From an uncultured Candidatus Saccharibacteria bacterium (GTDB lineage Bacteria; Patescibacteriota; Dojkabacteria; SC72), in contig CAYOME010000001.1 in assembly GCA_964405015.1 (NCBI GenBank), positions 165,584 through 229,583 on the forward strand: 64,000 nucleotides of DNA, written 5' to 3'. Below, one piece after another: positions 29,359 through 40,319 of this stretch (positions are counted from its first letter, which is position 1; every line of letters begins with the position of its first letter). The position numbers and the translations under genes were made by a program. A model generated the notes under the pieces. It was not told where the DNA came from, did no database searches, and saw nothing but the letters and a program-made list of their open reading frames with translations.

Positions 29359-30390
29359 ATGGCTCAGGATCTCTCAGAAATACTAAAACAGATTGATGAT
29401 GATCTACATACACTCTCTGTTTCAGATTTAAAAACTAAATATCTTTCTAAATCAGGATTACTTACACAGCTCTTTAAAGCTATAAAAGATGTACCACAAG
29501 ATCAAAGAGCAGAATATGGTTCACAATTAAATCAAATAAAGATCTTAATTGAAGAGAATATCTCTAAAAAAGAAATAGATGAACAAAAGAAGCATATCAA
29601 TACATCCAAGATAGATCCTAGTGCACCTTTTGATACGAACACCTCTACTGGAAAAAAACCACATATTCTTGATATGAGAGGTTCACAGCACCCACTTACT
29701 CAAGAACTAGAAAAGATTTTGGATATATTCCAAAAGATGGGATTTGATGTAATGGAAAGTAAACAGCTAGATGATGATTTCCATATGTTTGAAAGTCTTA
29801 ATTTCCCTAAAGGACATCCAGCAAGAGATATGTATGATACATTCTGGACAGATGATGGATTCGTATTACCAGCACATACATCTACTATGCAAAATAGGGC
29901 ATTAAGAAAATATGGTCCACCACCAATTAGAGTAGTATTACCAGGTAGATGCTTTAGAAATGAAGCAACTGATGCAAGTCATGAACATACCTTCTATCAA
30001 ATCGAAGGTATCTATGTAGACAAGGGAATATCCCTAGCACATATGCAAGGAACTATCAAAGAATATCTTGAGAGGTATTTAGAAACCGATTTAGAAGTAA
30101 AAGTTCAACCATCTTACTTTCCTTTTACAGAGCCAGATACTGAATTTGTAATTAGTTGCCCATTCTGTAAAAAAACAGGCTGTACAACATGTGGACATTC
30201 AGGATGGATAGAATTAATGGGTTGTGGAATGATTCATCCGAATGTATTAAAAGCTGGAGGAATAGATCCTGAGGTATACACGGGTTTTGCATGGGGAGTA
30301 GGCTTAGACAGATTAACACTAATTAAGAGGGGTATTACTGACATTCGTAAACTTAGAGATGGTGATCTTAATTTCTTGAAACAATTCTAA
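29359..30390 (+). CDS. pheS: phenylalanine--tRNA ligase alpha subunit
   Basis: HPARDMYDTF, HTS, FYQIEG, YFPFTEP, GCGMIHPNVL, GFAWGVGLDR. Confidence 0.97.
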   Translation: MAQDLSEILKQIDDDLHTLSVSDLKTKYLSKSGLLTQLFKAIKDVPQDQRAEYGSQLNQIKILIEENISKKEIDEQKKHINTSKIDPSAPFDTNTSTGKKPHILDMRGSQHPLTQELEKILDIFQKMGFDVMESKQLDDDFHMFESLNFPKGHPARDMYDTFWTDDGFVLPAHTSTMQNRALRKYGPPPIRVVLPGRCFRNEATDASHEHTFYQIEGIYVDKGISLAHMQGTIKEYLERYLETDLEVKVQPSYFPFTEPDTEFVISCPFCKKTGCTTCGHSGWIELMGCGMIHPNVLKAGGIDPEVYTGFAWGVGLDRLTLIKRGITDIRKLRDGDLNFLKQF

Positions 30391-30392
30391 CT

Positions 30393-32852
30393 ATGAAATT
30401 ACCAAAAAACAGTATTAAAGAATATACAGGTATTGATATTGAAAAGGAGGATATCTTACATATCCTTGCTGGAAAGATAGGGGAAGTTGAAGAAGTTACA
30501 GATTGGGAAGAAATGTACAAAGGGATATATGTAGCAGAGATTAAAAGTAAAAAAGATCATCCAGATGCAGACAAACTAGGAATATATACAATCTCTACCG
30601 GTGATCAAGAAGATGTACAAGTAGTAGCAGGAGATAAAACTTTAGAAGTAGGTGATAAGGTTGCATATATTCAACCAGGAAATATTGTTCCATCTACTTA
30701 CAAAACTTCTGAAGAATTTGAAATAAAGGCTGTTAAAATGAGAGGTATACTTTCCAATGGTATGCTTTGTTCTGAAAAAGAATTAAACATTGGACCAGAT
30801 CATACAAAGGTATTAAAACTTGAAAGTAGTGCTCCCGTTGGAGAACTCTTTTCAAAATATTACGATCTTAATGATATTGTCTTTGATATTGAAAACAAAG
30901 CACTTACTAACAGAGGAGACCTTTTTGGAATACTTGGATTAACAAGAGAAATAGCTGGAGCAAAGAGCATTAAATTTACTTCTCCAAAATGGTATTTAGA
31001 TAATACATCTGGAGAATATACACAAAAGGATAATTTTGGTTTAGATATTGAAAATAGAATGCCAGCATTGTGTTCTAGATATGTTGGTGTAGTAATAGAT
31101 AGCGTTACTGTACAAGAATCCCCAGTATGGTTAAAATCCATATTGATTAAATCTGGAATTAGACCAATTAACAATATTGTAGATATTACAAATTACCTTT
31201 CCATCCTAGTCGGACAACCTTTACATGCCTTCGACTACAACAAAGTAATCCAAAATGATCCAAGTACAAATACTAAAGCACATATAGAGGTCAGGTTAGC
31301 TAAAGATGGTGAGAGAATACATACTCTTGATAACAATGTAGTTACACTCACTGGTAATAACCTAGTCATTGCTGACAGTACAAATCCAATAGCAATTGCG
31401 GGTGTAATCGGAGGGTTGGATACAGAAATAGACAGTAATACAAAAACAATAATATTGGAAAGTGCAAACTTCGATAGATTCAATATTAGAAAAACCTCTA
31501 TGTCTTTAGGTATATTTACAGATGCTGTTACACGATTTACTAAATACTTAGATCCTAATCAATGCCTACCTGTAGAAAAATATGCAATATCTCTTGTTTT
31601 AGAATTAGCAGGAGGAGAAGTTGTAACACCAATAGTTGATAAATATGATCAAAGATATGAACCTAGCACAATCTCTCTTTCTATTGAGAAGCTAAATATT
31701 CACCTTGGTACAAATTTAACAAAAGAAGATATTATCAATATCTTAACAAATATTGAATATACAATTCTTTCTTCAGATGAAAAATATATCACTGTTAAAG
31801 CACCTTCCTTTAGAACTGATATAGTCATACCTGAAGATATACATGAGGATATTGGAAGAATATATGGATATGAGAATATTAAACCAGTATTACCTCTTCG
31901 TGATCTTAAAGCTTCTGGTAAGAATAAGATCGTAGATTTTAAGAGTAGGATTAGAAAAATTTTAAGCTACTCTGGTGCAAATGAATTACTTACATACAGT
32001 TTTGTCAGTGCACAACAGATATTAAAGTCAAATCAAGATCCAAATCTTGCATACCATATTAAGAATTCTCTTTCTCCAGAGCTTTCCCTTATGAGAACAT
32101 CCTTAATTACATCCTTACTTACAAAAGCTCAGGAGAATATTCAAAGAAATATTCCTACATTCTGTATATATGAATTCAATATTGCTCATCAAAAAGGTAA
32201 TATGGATAGCTTTGAATTACCAAAAGAACAATGGAATATGTCCTTACTTTTCTCCTCAAGAGAAAACATATTAGATGGTAATCCCTACTATCAAGTAAAG
32301 AGATATTTTGAGAAGGTGTATACTTCTCTTGGTATTGAGGATATTGAATATTCTTTAATTGCTGATACCTCAGAAAGAGATCTTCCTACATGGATATTGA
32401 ATATATTACCTACGTTTAATCCAAATGCTAGTGCATATATTACCTACAAGGGAAATATCTTAGGTATATTAGGAGATCTTGATGATATGGTTAAGAAAAG
32501 TTTCAAACTTCCTGTATATACAGCTGGATTAGAAATTGATTTAGAATCACTTCTTAAGATAGATACAAAGGTTAAAAAATATGAAGAAGGATCTAAATTC
32601 CCTTCTATTACTCAAGATATTACCTTTGTTGTAAATATTGAGAAACAATATAAAGAGATAGAGGAGAGAATACTTAGAGAAATAAATACTAGAAATAGGA
32701 AAGCAAAGGTAGAGTGTTTAGATATATATAGCAAGGACGGAATTAAAAAGAATCTTACAGTTAGAGTCTCTATAGAACATATGGAAAAGACCCTAAGTGA
32801 TAAAGAGATGGAAAAGATTGTGGAGAAATTAGAGAAAGATATTAACGAGTAA
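30393..32852 (+). CDS. pheT: phenylalanine--tRNA ligase beta subunit
   Basis: HPDADKL, MRG..S.GMLCS..EL, NRGD, INNIVDITNY, GQPLHAFD, R.D....D..EDIGRIYGY. Confidence 0.96.
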   Translation: MKLPKNSIKEYTGIDIEKEDILHILAGKIGEVEEVTDWEEMYKGIYVAEIKSKKDHPDADKLGIYTISTGDQEDVQVVAGDKTLEVGDKVAYIQPGNIVPSTYKTSEEFEIKAVKMRGILSNGMLCSEKELNIGPDHTKVLKLESSAPVGELFSKYYDLNDIVFDIENKALTNRGDLFGILGLTREIAGAKSIKFTSPKWYLDNTSGEYTQKDNFGLDIENRMPALCSRYVGVVIDSVTVQESPVWLKSILIKSGIRPINNIVDITNYLSILVGQPLHAFDYNKVIQNDPSTNTKAHIEVRLAKDGERIHTLDNNVVTLTGNNLVIADSTNPIAIAGVIGGLDTEIDSNTKTIILESANFDRFNIRKTSMSLGIFTDAVTRFTKYLDPNQCLPVEKYAISLVLELAGGEVVTPIVDKYDQRYEPSTISLSIEKLNIHLGTNLTKEDIINILTNIEYTILSSDEKYITVKAPSFRTDIVIPEDIHEDIGRIYGYENIKPVLPLRDLKASGKNKIVDFKSRIRKILSYSGANELLTYSFVSAQQILKSNQDPNLAYHIKNSLSPELSLMRTSLITSLLTKAQENIQRNIPTFCIYEFNIAHQKGNMDSFELPKEQWNMSLLFSSRENILDGNPYYQVKRYFEKVYTSLGIEDIEYSLIADTSERDLPTWILNILPTFNPNASAYITYKGNILGILGDLDDMVKKSFKLPVYTAGLEIDLESLLKIDTKVKKYEEGSKFPSITQDITFVVNIEKQYKEIEERILREINTRNRKAKVECLDIYSKDGIKKNLTVRVSIEHMEKTLSDKEMEKIVEKLEKDINE

Positions 32853-35805
32853 GAGAAATTGTAGAACTCTGATATGTAAGAGAACCTAAATATGCCCTAG
32901 CAAATACTAAGTATGTACCACTTGGAACAGGAGGTATATTTGTCCATTGTACACTCCATCCATTACTTCCATTGTTGTCAGTATATTCGTTAGTGTATGC
33001 ACCACCTGATCTAGAGATAAAAAACTTTACAGAAGTAGGTGTAGCTCCAGATACACCAGCTTCTAAAGTTACAGGAAACGTACTAATAGCAGTATTGTTT
33101 GCAGGGTTGCTAATAGATATAGATATCTGAGGAGCTAATACAGTAAATGGAATTGTACTACTTGCACTCTTCCCCTTGTTATCGGTAGCTGATACTACCA
33201 ATGTATGATTACCTGAATTAAGTCCACTCAAGCTATGAGTTAAGTTGAATGATCCATTTGTTAATGAAGCAGATGGAATAGGGGTACCATCTATTGAAAT
33301 AGTGAAAGAAGATATAGATTCTAGATATCTAACACTACCTTGAATCTCCATACTACCATTATAATCAAACTGCTGATTTGCAGTTGGCTTACTTACCTCT
33401 ATCACTGGAGCATTGTCTGGACCAAGAGGTAATGTACATACTCCAATCTCAGGTTTAGTAAATAGATATCTACTACCTTCAGCCTCAGAGAGGAATTTTT
33501 GATATGCATCCCTTTGGGAAGCATTCTCTAATTTAAAGGAAAGATATACCTTGTCTGTTACAAGATTGTACTGTCTTGCTAAAGCCTCATTACTTGGAAT
33601 TAAACCATTCTGATTACATATCGCTACAGATTCTCTAGTATCAATCTGAGGACCCTTACCTTCAATATATACTGTAGCTTCCTTCTCACAATTAACACCA
33701 TCTGCAGGAACAGCTCCAGTATCTCTACATACAGAAGTAGACAAAATACCTGAAGGTCTAGTATACAACTCCACCTTATACCTATCTACCAACCTACTAG
33801 TAATACCATGAGCTATTGGTAGTGGTACAGATACACCCCAAGCTCCAGGAGTAACTGTATTGTCATTGTTACCCGCCCATACACCTACAACCAAATTCTT
33901 GTGATACATTACAGTAGTTAAATCTTTAGGACCATCAGTAGTACCAGTTTTAAAACATACGTTTGTACCCTTAACCTTGGTATATGCACCACCAATCCTA
34001 TCCCCATGACCACCAAGATCACATATGATGTAGTTAAGAAGGTAAACCTCTTTCTCATCAATTACCTGCTTTGCATTAAACTCAGTAACCTCTTTTAATA
34101 TCTCACCCTTTGAGTCTTCAACCTTAAGAATTGAGACTGTATCATTTTTAGCACCCTCATTAGCAAACACACCAAAAGCTGCAGTATGCTCAACTAATTT
34201 CATTTCCCCAGCACCCAATGCTAGAGCTAATCCATAGTCAGCTTTGTTTTTTAATGTAGTAATACCTAACTTCTCAGTAGTTTGTAAGAAAGCATCAACA
34301 CCAACCATTTGTAATGTATATATAGAAGGAAGGTTTCTAGATCTACCTAAATTCTTTCTAGCAGTACCAACACCTTCAAAAGATCTATCCCAGTTTTCTG
34401 GTTTGTAGTTACCAAAAGACATTCTAATATCAGGAGCCAATGTCCAAGGACCAAATCCTTTACCAAAGGCCGTAATATATACATATGGCTTTGCAGAAGA
34501 ACCTACCTGCCTATTACTGGTCGTAATATTTACATTACCATCCACTTTAGGATCTGTTGTATTCCAGTAATCAACAGAACCTACCATAGAGAGTATTTCT
34601 CCAGTGTTTGGATTCATTACAACAACAGCTCCATTATTTACCTTATGAGGCAAACCATTCTTTGCAATACCATTTCTCAACTCCTCTTCCGCAATCTCTT
34701 GAATAGAGTAATCAAGAGATGTAGTAACCTTCAATCCACCTCTTTCTACACGATCTACTCCAAATTCCTCCTCTAACTGCTGCTTAACATAGAAGACAAA
34801 GTGAGGAGCCTTAATATCTATCTTTTTAGATGTATATACTAACTCTTCTTCTCTTGCAGCCTCAATCTCTTCTTCAGTTACACCCGTTAGATCCTTGTGC
34901 TTAAGCATTTGATCCAATACAAAACCCTGCCTTACTTTTGCTAGTTCAGGATTAGTACCAAACAAAGGAGAGTAGGTACCAGGACTCTGAATAAGTCCTG
35001 CAATTAAAGCACTCTCTGCCAATGTTAATTCCTCTACATCTTTTCCGAAATATGCATTAGCTGCAGCTTGGAAACCATAGTTAACACCACCAAGAGGAAT
35101 TTCATTCATATACATTTGTAATATTTCATCTTTGGTGAATGTCTGTTCAACCTGCATAGTAATCAAAATCTCTTTTATCTTTCTTGAATATTTCTGTTTG
35201 TAAGCTTCATCTCCTAAGACATCATAGAGGATAGTATTTTTAATCAATTGTTGAGTAATAGTACTTGCTCCTCTTACAATACTTCCACTCTTAAGGTTTT
35301 GTATTGCAGACATAGCAATACCTGCATAATCTAAACCCTTGTGCTGGTAGAATTCAATATCTTCAGCAGCAAGTAAAGCCCATTTGGTATGCTCCGGTAT
35401 CTTCTCTATTGAAACAAATTCTCTATTCTGCTCTCCATATACACGGTAAAGTAATACACCATTCCTATCAAATATCTGAGTACTCTGATCAGATGTTCTT
35501 TCCACCAATTTATCTGGAGAAGGAAGTGATGTCTGTAATGATTTCAAATATACTCCAACACCAATCAATACTGTACAAGCAAGGAAAAATCCAATACCAA
35601 CAAGAATATATATAATCTTTCTAAACTTCACCTTATCAAACTTACCACTTAAAATTCCACTCTTTGTTGACCTAGATATATTGTTCTTTTTCAAGTTCTT
35701 ACTGTTATATCTTTTTACACGATTAAAGCTACTCAAAGGAGTAGGACCACTCTTCTTGAAACTTCTCCTGTTGTTCTTTTTTGACATAGACATAGAGTAT
35801 TTCAT
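32842..35805 (-). CDS. class A PBP (transglycosylase-transpeptidase) with C-terminal Ig-like domains
   Basis: ED..FY.H.G, GASTITQQL.KN, RKIKE, SSAK, SRN, KTGT and a Big-like tail. Confidence 0.92.
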   Translation of the reverse strand: MKYSMSMSKKNNRRSFKKSGPTPLSSFNRVKRYNSKNLKKNNISRSTKSGILSGKFDKVKFRKIIYILVGIGFFLACTVLIGVGVYLKSLQTSLPSPDKLVERTSDQSTQIFDRNGVLLYRVYGEQNREFVSIEKIPEHTKWALLAAEDIEFYQHKGLDYAGIAMSAIQNLKSGSIVRGASTITQQLIKNTILYDVLGDEAYKQKYSRKIKEILITMQVEQTFTKDEILQMYMNEIPLGGVNYGFQAAANAYFGKDVEELTLAESALIAGLIQSPGTYSPLFGTNPELAKVRQGFVLDQMLKHKDLTGVTEEEIEAAREEELVYTSKKIDIKAPHFVFYVKQQLEEEFGVDRVERGGLKVTTSLDYSIQEIAEEELRNGIAKNGLPHKVNNGAVVVMNPNTGEILSMVGSVDYWNTTDPKVDGNVNITTSNRQVGSSAKPYVYITAFGKGFGPWTLAPDIRMSFGNYKPENWDRSFEGVGTARKNLGRSRNLPSIYTLQMVGVDAFLQTTEKLGITTLKNKADYGLALALGAGEMKLVEHTAAFGVFANEGAKNDTVSILKVEDSKGEILKEVTEFNAKQVIDEKEVYLLNYIICDLGGHGDRIGGAYTKVKGTNVCFKTGTTDGPKDLTTVMYHKNLVVGVWAGNNDNTVTPGAWGVSVPLPIAHGITSRLVDRYKVELYTRPSGILSTSVCRDTGAVPADGVNCEKEATVYIEGKGPQIDTRESVAICNQNGLIPSNEALARQYNLVTDKVYLSFKLENASQRDAYQKFLSEAEGSRYLFTKPEIGVCTLPLGPDNAPVIEVSKPTANQQFDYNGSMEIQGSVRYLESISSFTISIDGTPIPSASLTNGSFNLTHSLSGLNSGNHTLVVSATDNKGKSASSTIPFTVLAPQISISISNPANNTAISTFPVTLEAGVSGATPTSVKFFISRSGGAYTNEYTDNNGSNGWSVQWTNIPPVPSGTYLVFARAYLGSLTYQSSTISLTR

Positions 35806-35915
35806 AGTGAAAATTGCTTTAGATATTACTTAATAAATATATAGTATTAGGGACCAATATTCAACTATCGGTTACTTCCCTTTATGACTCCATACCTTAA
35901 TGATATAATCCAAGT

Positions 35916-37211
35916 ATGGCAAACATAAAACTTACAACACAACCATATAAGGGGACTACAGATACATATCCCAACGAAGCAAGGAAAAGAGATTTTCTTT
36001 TTCAAACATGGAAAAATGTAGCTAAAGAATTCGGATATGAAGAATATGATACACCTTCCTTAGAAGATGCTAATTTGTATAGAGCAAAGTCAGGAGATGA
36101 ATTAGCTAACAAACAGCTATTCAACTTCATAGATAAAGGTGGAAGAGAAATAGCTTTAAGGCCAGAAATGACCCCATCTTTAGCAAGAATAATTGCTGCT
36201 AGAAAGAATGAGCTTACATTACCGATAAGATGGTTTAATATCGGTAAATATTTTAGATATGAAAAACCTCAAAAGGGTAGAACCCGAGAATTCTTTCAAT
36301 TGAATATAGATATTTTTGGAGTAGAAACAATAGATGCTGAGTTAGAAATAATTCAGTATGTACTTACAGTTATGGATAGACTCAAAGCTCCCAAAAATAC
36401 ATATGAGCTAAGAGTAAATAATAGGTATCTTCTAGAGTACCTTTTCGATGAAATACTAAATATTGATCCTGAGATTAAGCCTAAATTAGCAAGAGCAATT
36501 GATAACTACCTGAAATTAGATACCAAGGAATTTAGAGAATATCTTTTAGAGATAGGGTTAACAGAAAAACAAATAGAAGATGTATCGGACTTCCTTAAAT
36601 GGGATATTAAAGACTTGGAAAAGATTGAAGAGAAATCCAAAGGTGCAAAAGAGTTACTCTTACTTTTTAAAAGAATTTCTGCCTTGAATATAACCAATGT
36701 AGTATTCTGTCCATATATAATGAGAGGTTTAGCATATTACACAGGATGTGTGGTAGAGATGTTTGATATTGGTAGTAAAGAAAATCCTAGAGCCTTATTT
36801 GGTGGTGGGAGATATGACAATCTATTAGAGATTTTCGATAGAGAGAAATTGCCAGCTTTTGGATTAGGATGGGGAGATGTTACTACTCTTGACTACTTAA
36901 ATACTTACAATCTTTTACCTGAATACAAAACAGAAACTGCATTGTATATTACACAACTAGATGAGAATCTAAGAGATGAGTATTCGAAATTAGCTATGTA
37001 TTTTAGATCAATGGGTATTAATACCGAATTACAGCCCACTAGTTCAAAACTTAGTAAGCAACTAGAATATGCTAACAAGAAGGGTTTCCCATGGGTATTA
37101 ATAGTTGGAGAAGATGAAATTAAAAAGGGTACGGTTCAGCTAAAGAATATGAAAACCAAAGAAGCTTTTGATATTAAGAAAGAAGATGTCATATACAAGA
37201 TAAAAGGGTAG
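35916..37211 (+). CDS. hisS: histidine--tRNA ligase
   Basis: LRPEMT, FRYEKPQKGR.REF.Q, RGLAYYTG, GGGRYD. Confidence 0.96.
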   Translation: MANIKLTTQPYKGTTDTYPNEARKRDFLFQTWKNVAKEFGYEEYDTPSLEDANLYRAKSGDELANKQLFNFIDKGGREIALRPEMTPSLARIIAARKNELTLPIRWFNIGKYFRYEKPQKGRTREFFQLNIDIFGVETIDAELEIIQYVLTVMDRLKAPKNTYELRVNNRYLLEYLFDEILNIDPEIKPKLARAIDNYLKLDTKEFREYLLEIGLTEKQIEDVSDFLKWDIKDLEKIEEKSKGAKELLLLFKRISALNITNVVFCPYIMRGLAYYTGCVVEMFDIGSKENPRALFGGGRYDNLLEIFDREKLPAFGLGWGDVTTLDYLNTYNLLPEYKTETALYITQLDENLRDEYSKLAMYFRSMGINTELQPTSSKLSKQLEYANKKGFPWVLIVGEDEIKKGTVQLKNMKTKEAFDIKKEDVIYKIKG

Positions 37212-37249
37212 ATATATACTTTCACGTTTACTTTTAACCCTCAAATACA

Positions 37250-37648
37250 ATAAACAGTCATACTGTTTTAAAAGAAAGTAATACCAAATTTAACCCAACA
37301 ACATGCCCACATTTTAAAGATTGTCTTGTTTGCAAACTACATGATACTGATTGTGATAAATATGTAGAAATACTCTCCTATGGAGATGTTCACTTAGATA
37401 CCAACAGATATATACTTCATATAAAGGGAAATATAATTCATTTAACAAAATGTGAGAATATCTTCCTTACTTACCTATTAACCAAAAAAACCTATGTACA
37501 TATACAAGAAGTTAAAGAATTGTTCAAAAGGAATAACTGTAAATCTATTACTGTAATGATTAGTAGATTAAGAAGAAAGATCAGGAATTCAACGGGATAT
37601 AACCCAATAAAGAATAGATATGGTCTTGGATATTATATTTCTAATTAA
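37250..37648 (+). CDS. OmpR/PhoB-type winged-helix protein with Cys/His-rich N-terminus; no canonical start (putative ATA)
   Basis: Stop-free frame 37238-37645 reading ...YGDVHLD...HLTKCE...SITVMISRLRRKI...IKNRYGLGY. Missed by the ORF track. Confidence 0.6.
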   Translation: MNSHTVLKESNTKFNPTTCPHFKDCLVCKLHDTDCDKYVEILSYGDVHLDTNRYILHIKGNIIHLTKCENIFLTYLLTKKTYVHIQEVKELFKRNNCKSITVMISRLRRKIRNSTGYNPIKNRYGLGYYISN

Positions 37649-40266
37649 ACTTTCTTCTTCCATTCAGAGATCTTATTTAGAGCTTCTAATGGTGTTAGGT
37701 TATCAATATCTATCTTTTGTATATCCCTCTCTATCTCAGAATCTTTTGAAAGAAATAGGGGGAATTGATATGTACTTTTCTTTTCATCAATCTTTGTATC
37801 TTTAATATCCAAGATACTTCCCTCTCTAAGATCAGACTCTTTGCTAAACATTTGCTCCTGTTCAAAACTTTCCAATATCTCGTTTGCTCTTTTAATCATC
37901 TTCTCTGGTAAACCAGCCATCTTAGCAACATAGATACCATAGCTTCTATCTGTACCACCCTCTACAATCTTTCTAAGAAATATTACACTACCTTCTTCTA
38001 AATCTTCTTCAACAAGTACATTGAAATTTTTCACCCTTCCTAAAATCTTCTCAGAGAGTTTGAGTAATTCATGATAGTGGGTTGCAAACAAAGTTCTTGC
38101 TTTAACATCATTAACTAAATACTCAGCTAATGCCCATGCAATACTAACCCCATCGTATGTACTTGTACCCCTTCCTACCTCATCTAAAACGATTAAACTG
38201 AACCTCGTTGCATTGTTTACAATATTTGCAGCCTCATCCATCTCAACCATAAAGGTACTCCTACCACGAGATAGATCATCAGAAGCTCCAACCCTTGTAA
38301 ATATCCTATCTACCAAAGAAAGCTCCATTTCCTTTGCAGGAACAAAACTCCCTATCTGAGCAAGTAATACAATACTTGCTACTTGTCTAATATATGTTGA
38401 CTTACCCGACATATTAGGACCAGTTAGAACTGCCATAGAGGAGTCAGAGAAATTCAAAAGAGTATCATTAGATATGAACTCTTCTTCTATTAAACTTTCA
38501 ACAATAGGGTGCCTACCATCTTTAATTCGAAGAATTCCATCCTTTTCACCCATATTATAAAGCTTCGGTTTACAATATTCTTTTGTATTTGCTAAATATG
38601 CAAAGCCAAGCAATACATCTATCTTAGCAATTTCCTTAGAGAGTTCTTGTAACTTAGGTATATCCTTAATTAATGTATTCCTAAATTCTGTAAATATTTT
38701 GTATTCAAGCTCTGAAATTTTTTCCTGAGCATTCAAAATTATACTCTCCTTGTTCTTTAGTTCTTCAGTAATATATCTTTCACAATTGACTAGTGTCTGT
38801 TTTCTAATATATCTATCTGGTACTTTGTCTTGATGTGTTTTTGTTACTTCTATGTAATATCCAAACACCTTGTTAAACCCTATCTTAAGAGAAGATATCC
38901 CTGTTTGAGATTTCTCTCTCTCTTCAAATTCTTTAATCCACCCCTTACTGTTTCCAGATATATCCCTTAATTCAGAAACTTCTTCATTGAAAGAAGCTTT
39001 AATAATGCCACCTTCTAACAGCGAGGTAGGTGGGGAATCCACGATACATTCATCAATACGCTTAACAACATCATTAATTACTTCCAAGTAAGGATCAAAT
39101 TCTTTAGAGAGATCCGGAATACTACTTAATTGAGAAACAAATTGAAGTATATTTTCTAAAGATATCTGCAAAGCTTTTAAATCTCTACCATTAGCTCTAT
39201 TTAGACCTATCTTCCCAACAATCCTCTCTATATCGTTCATTCCATTCAATATTTCCCTCAAGCTATCTAATATCTCTCTAGATGAAAGAAAAAGCTCTAC
39301 AATTTTCTGTCTATCTTCTATACCTTTTAAATCAATCAATGGATTAAGTAACCAGGAATACAACATTCTTTTGCCCATGAGTGTTGATGTAAAATCTATT
39401 ACACTCAAAAGTGAATTTTGAATATTACCTGAGTATGCATTAGCAACTATTTCTAAGTTTCTTACAGTAGCCCTATCTAATATCATATTACCGGATATGT
39501 TTACTTTCTTAGGTCTTTGTATATGCTTAGGATCCATTAACTGAGTCTCAACAATATATTCCAATATCATTGCAAGACTTGAGACAGTAGGTGAATCACT
39601 GTTTAAACCTAAAGATTCTATATTTTGTATATGGAAAAATTCTTTAATCTTTCCTTCACTGTACTGTTTGTTCCTAATGCTTTTCGATACAAATTGAACA
39701 GGTAATGTAGGAAAGCTTAACTCTTTTTCATTCTCAAGTATTAATACCTCAACGGGTTCATATGAAGAGAGTATTGATTCTATATTCTTCTTAGAATTAT
39801 CAGTATATATGTACATAAGGTCTCCAGTTGAGACATCACACAAGGAAACACTTAAAGTTTTTTTCTCAATATAAAATGCTGCAAGGTAGTTATTTTTGAC
39901 CTCATTTGCGTTGTCTCCATCTAAAGTACCAGGAGTAACGATACGTGTTACGCCTCTTTTAACAATACCTTTTGCAAGTTTAGGATCTTCTAATTGATCA
40001 ACTATCACTGTGCAATATCCTGCATTAATTAACTTGGGTAAGTATTGTTCTATTGCTTTATGAGGAAATCCTGCGAGTGGAGTAGGGTTTGTATTTTTAT
40101 CTCTTGTTGTAAGAGTAATATTTAACACCTTAGAAGTAATCTTTGCATCTTCTCCGAATGTTTCAAAAAAGTCTCCCATTCTAAAAAGCACAACCTTATC
40201 GGGGTATTGCTTTTTAAATTTCATATATTGACTCATCATTGGAGTCTCTTTTATTCCAATATCCAT
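37645..40266 (-). CDS. mutS: DNA mismatch repair protein MutS
   Basis: TPMM.QY, FRMGDFFE, TGPNMSGKSTY.RQ, STFMVEM, DEVGRGTST, FATHYHEL, SYGI.VA. Confidence 0.97.
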   Translation of the reverse strand: MDIGIKETPMMSQYMKFKKQYPDKVVLFRMGDFFETFGEDAKITSKVLNITLTTRDKNTNPTPLAGFPHKAIEQYLPKLINAGYCTVIVDQLEDPKLAKGIVKRGVTRIVTPGTLDGDNANEVKNNYLAAFYIEKKTLSVSLCDVSTGDLMYIYTDNSKKNIESILSSYEPVEVLILENEKELSFPTLPVQFVSKSIRNKQYSEGKIKEFFHIQNIESLGLNSDSPTVSSLAMILEYIVETQLMDPKHIQRPKKVNISGNMILDRATVRNLEIVANAYSGNIQNSLLSVIDFTSTLMGKRMLYSWLLNPLIDLKGIEDRQKIVELFLSSREILDSLREILNGMNDIERIVGKIGLNRANGRDLKALQISLENILQFVSQLSSIPDLSKEFDPYLEVINDVVKRIDECIVDSPPTSLLEGGIIKASFNEEVSELRDISGNSKGWIKEFEEREKSQTGISSLKIGFNKVFGYYIEVTKTHQDKVPDRYIRKQTLVNCERYITEELKNKESIILNAQEKISELEYKIFTEFRNTLIKDIPKLQELSKEIAKIDVLLGFAYLANTKEYCKPKLYNMGEKDGILRIKDGRHPIVESLIEEEFISNDTLLNFSDSSMAVLTGPNMSGKSTYIRQVASIVLLAQIGSFVPAKEMELSLVDRIFTRVGASDDLSRGRSTFMVEMDEAANIVNNATRFSLIVLDEVGRGTSTYDGVSIAWALAEYLVNDVKARTLFATHYHELLKLSEKILGRVKNFNVLVEEDLEEGSVIFLRKIVEGGTDRSYGIYVAKMAGLPEKMIKRANEILESFEQEQMFSKESDLREGSILDIKDTKIDEKKSTYQFPLFLSKDSEIERDIQKIDIDNLTPLEALNKISEWKKKV

Positions 40267-40319
40267 TACCTATTATACAAAAGAATATATAGTGAAAACT
40301 ATATACTATACCAGTATGG

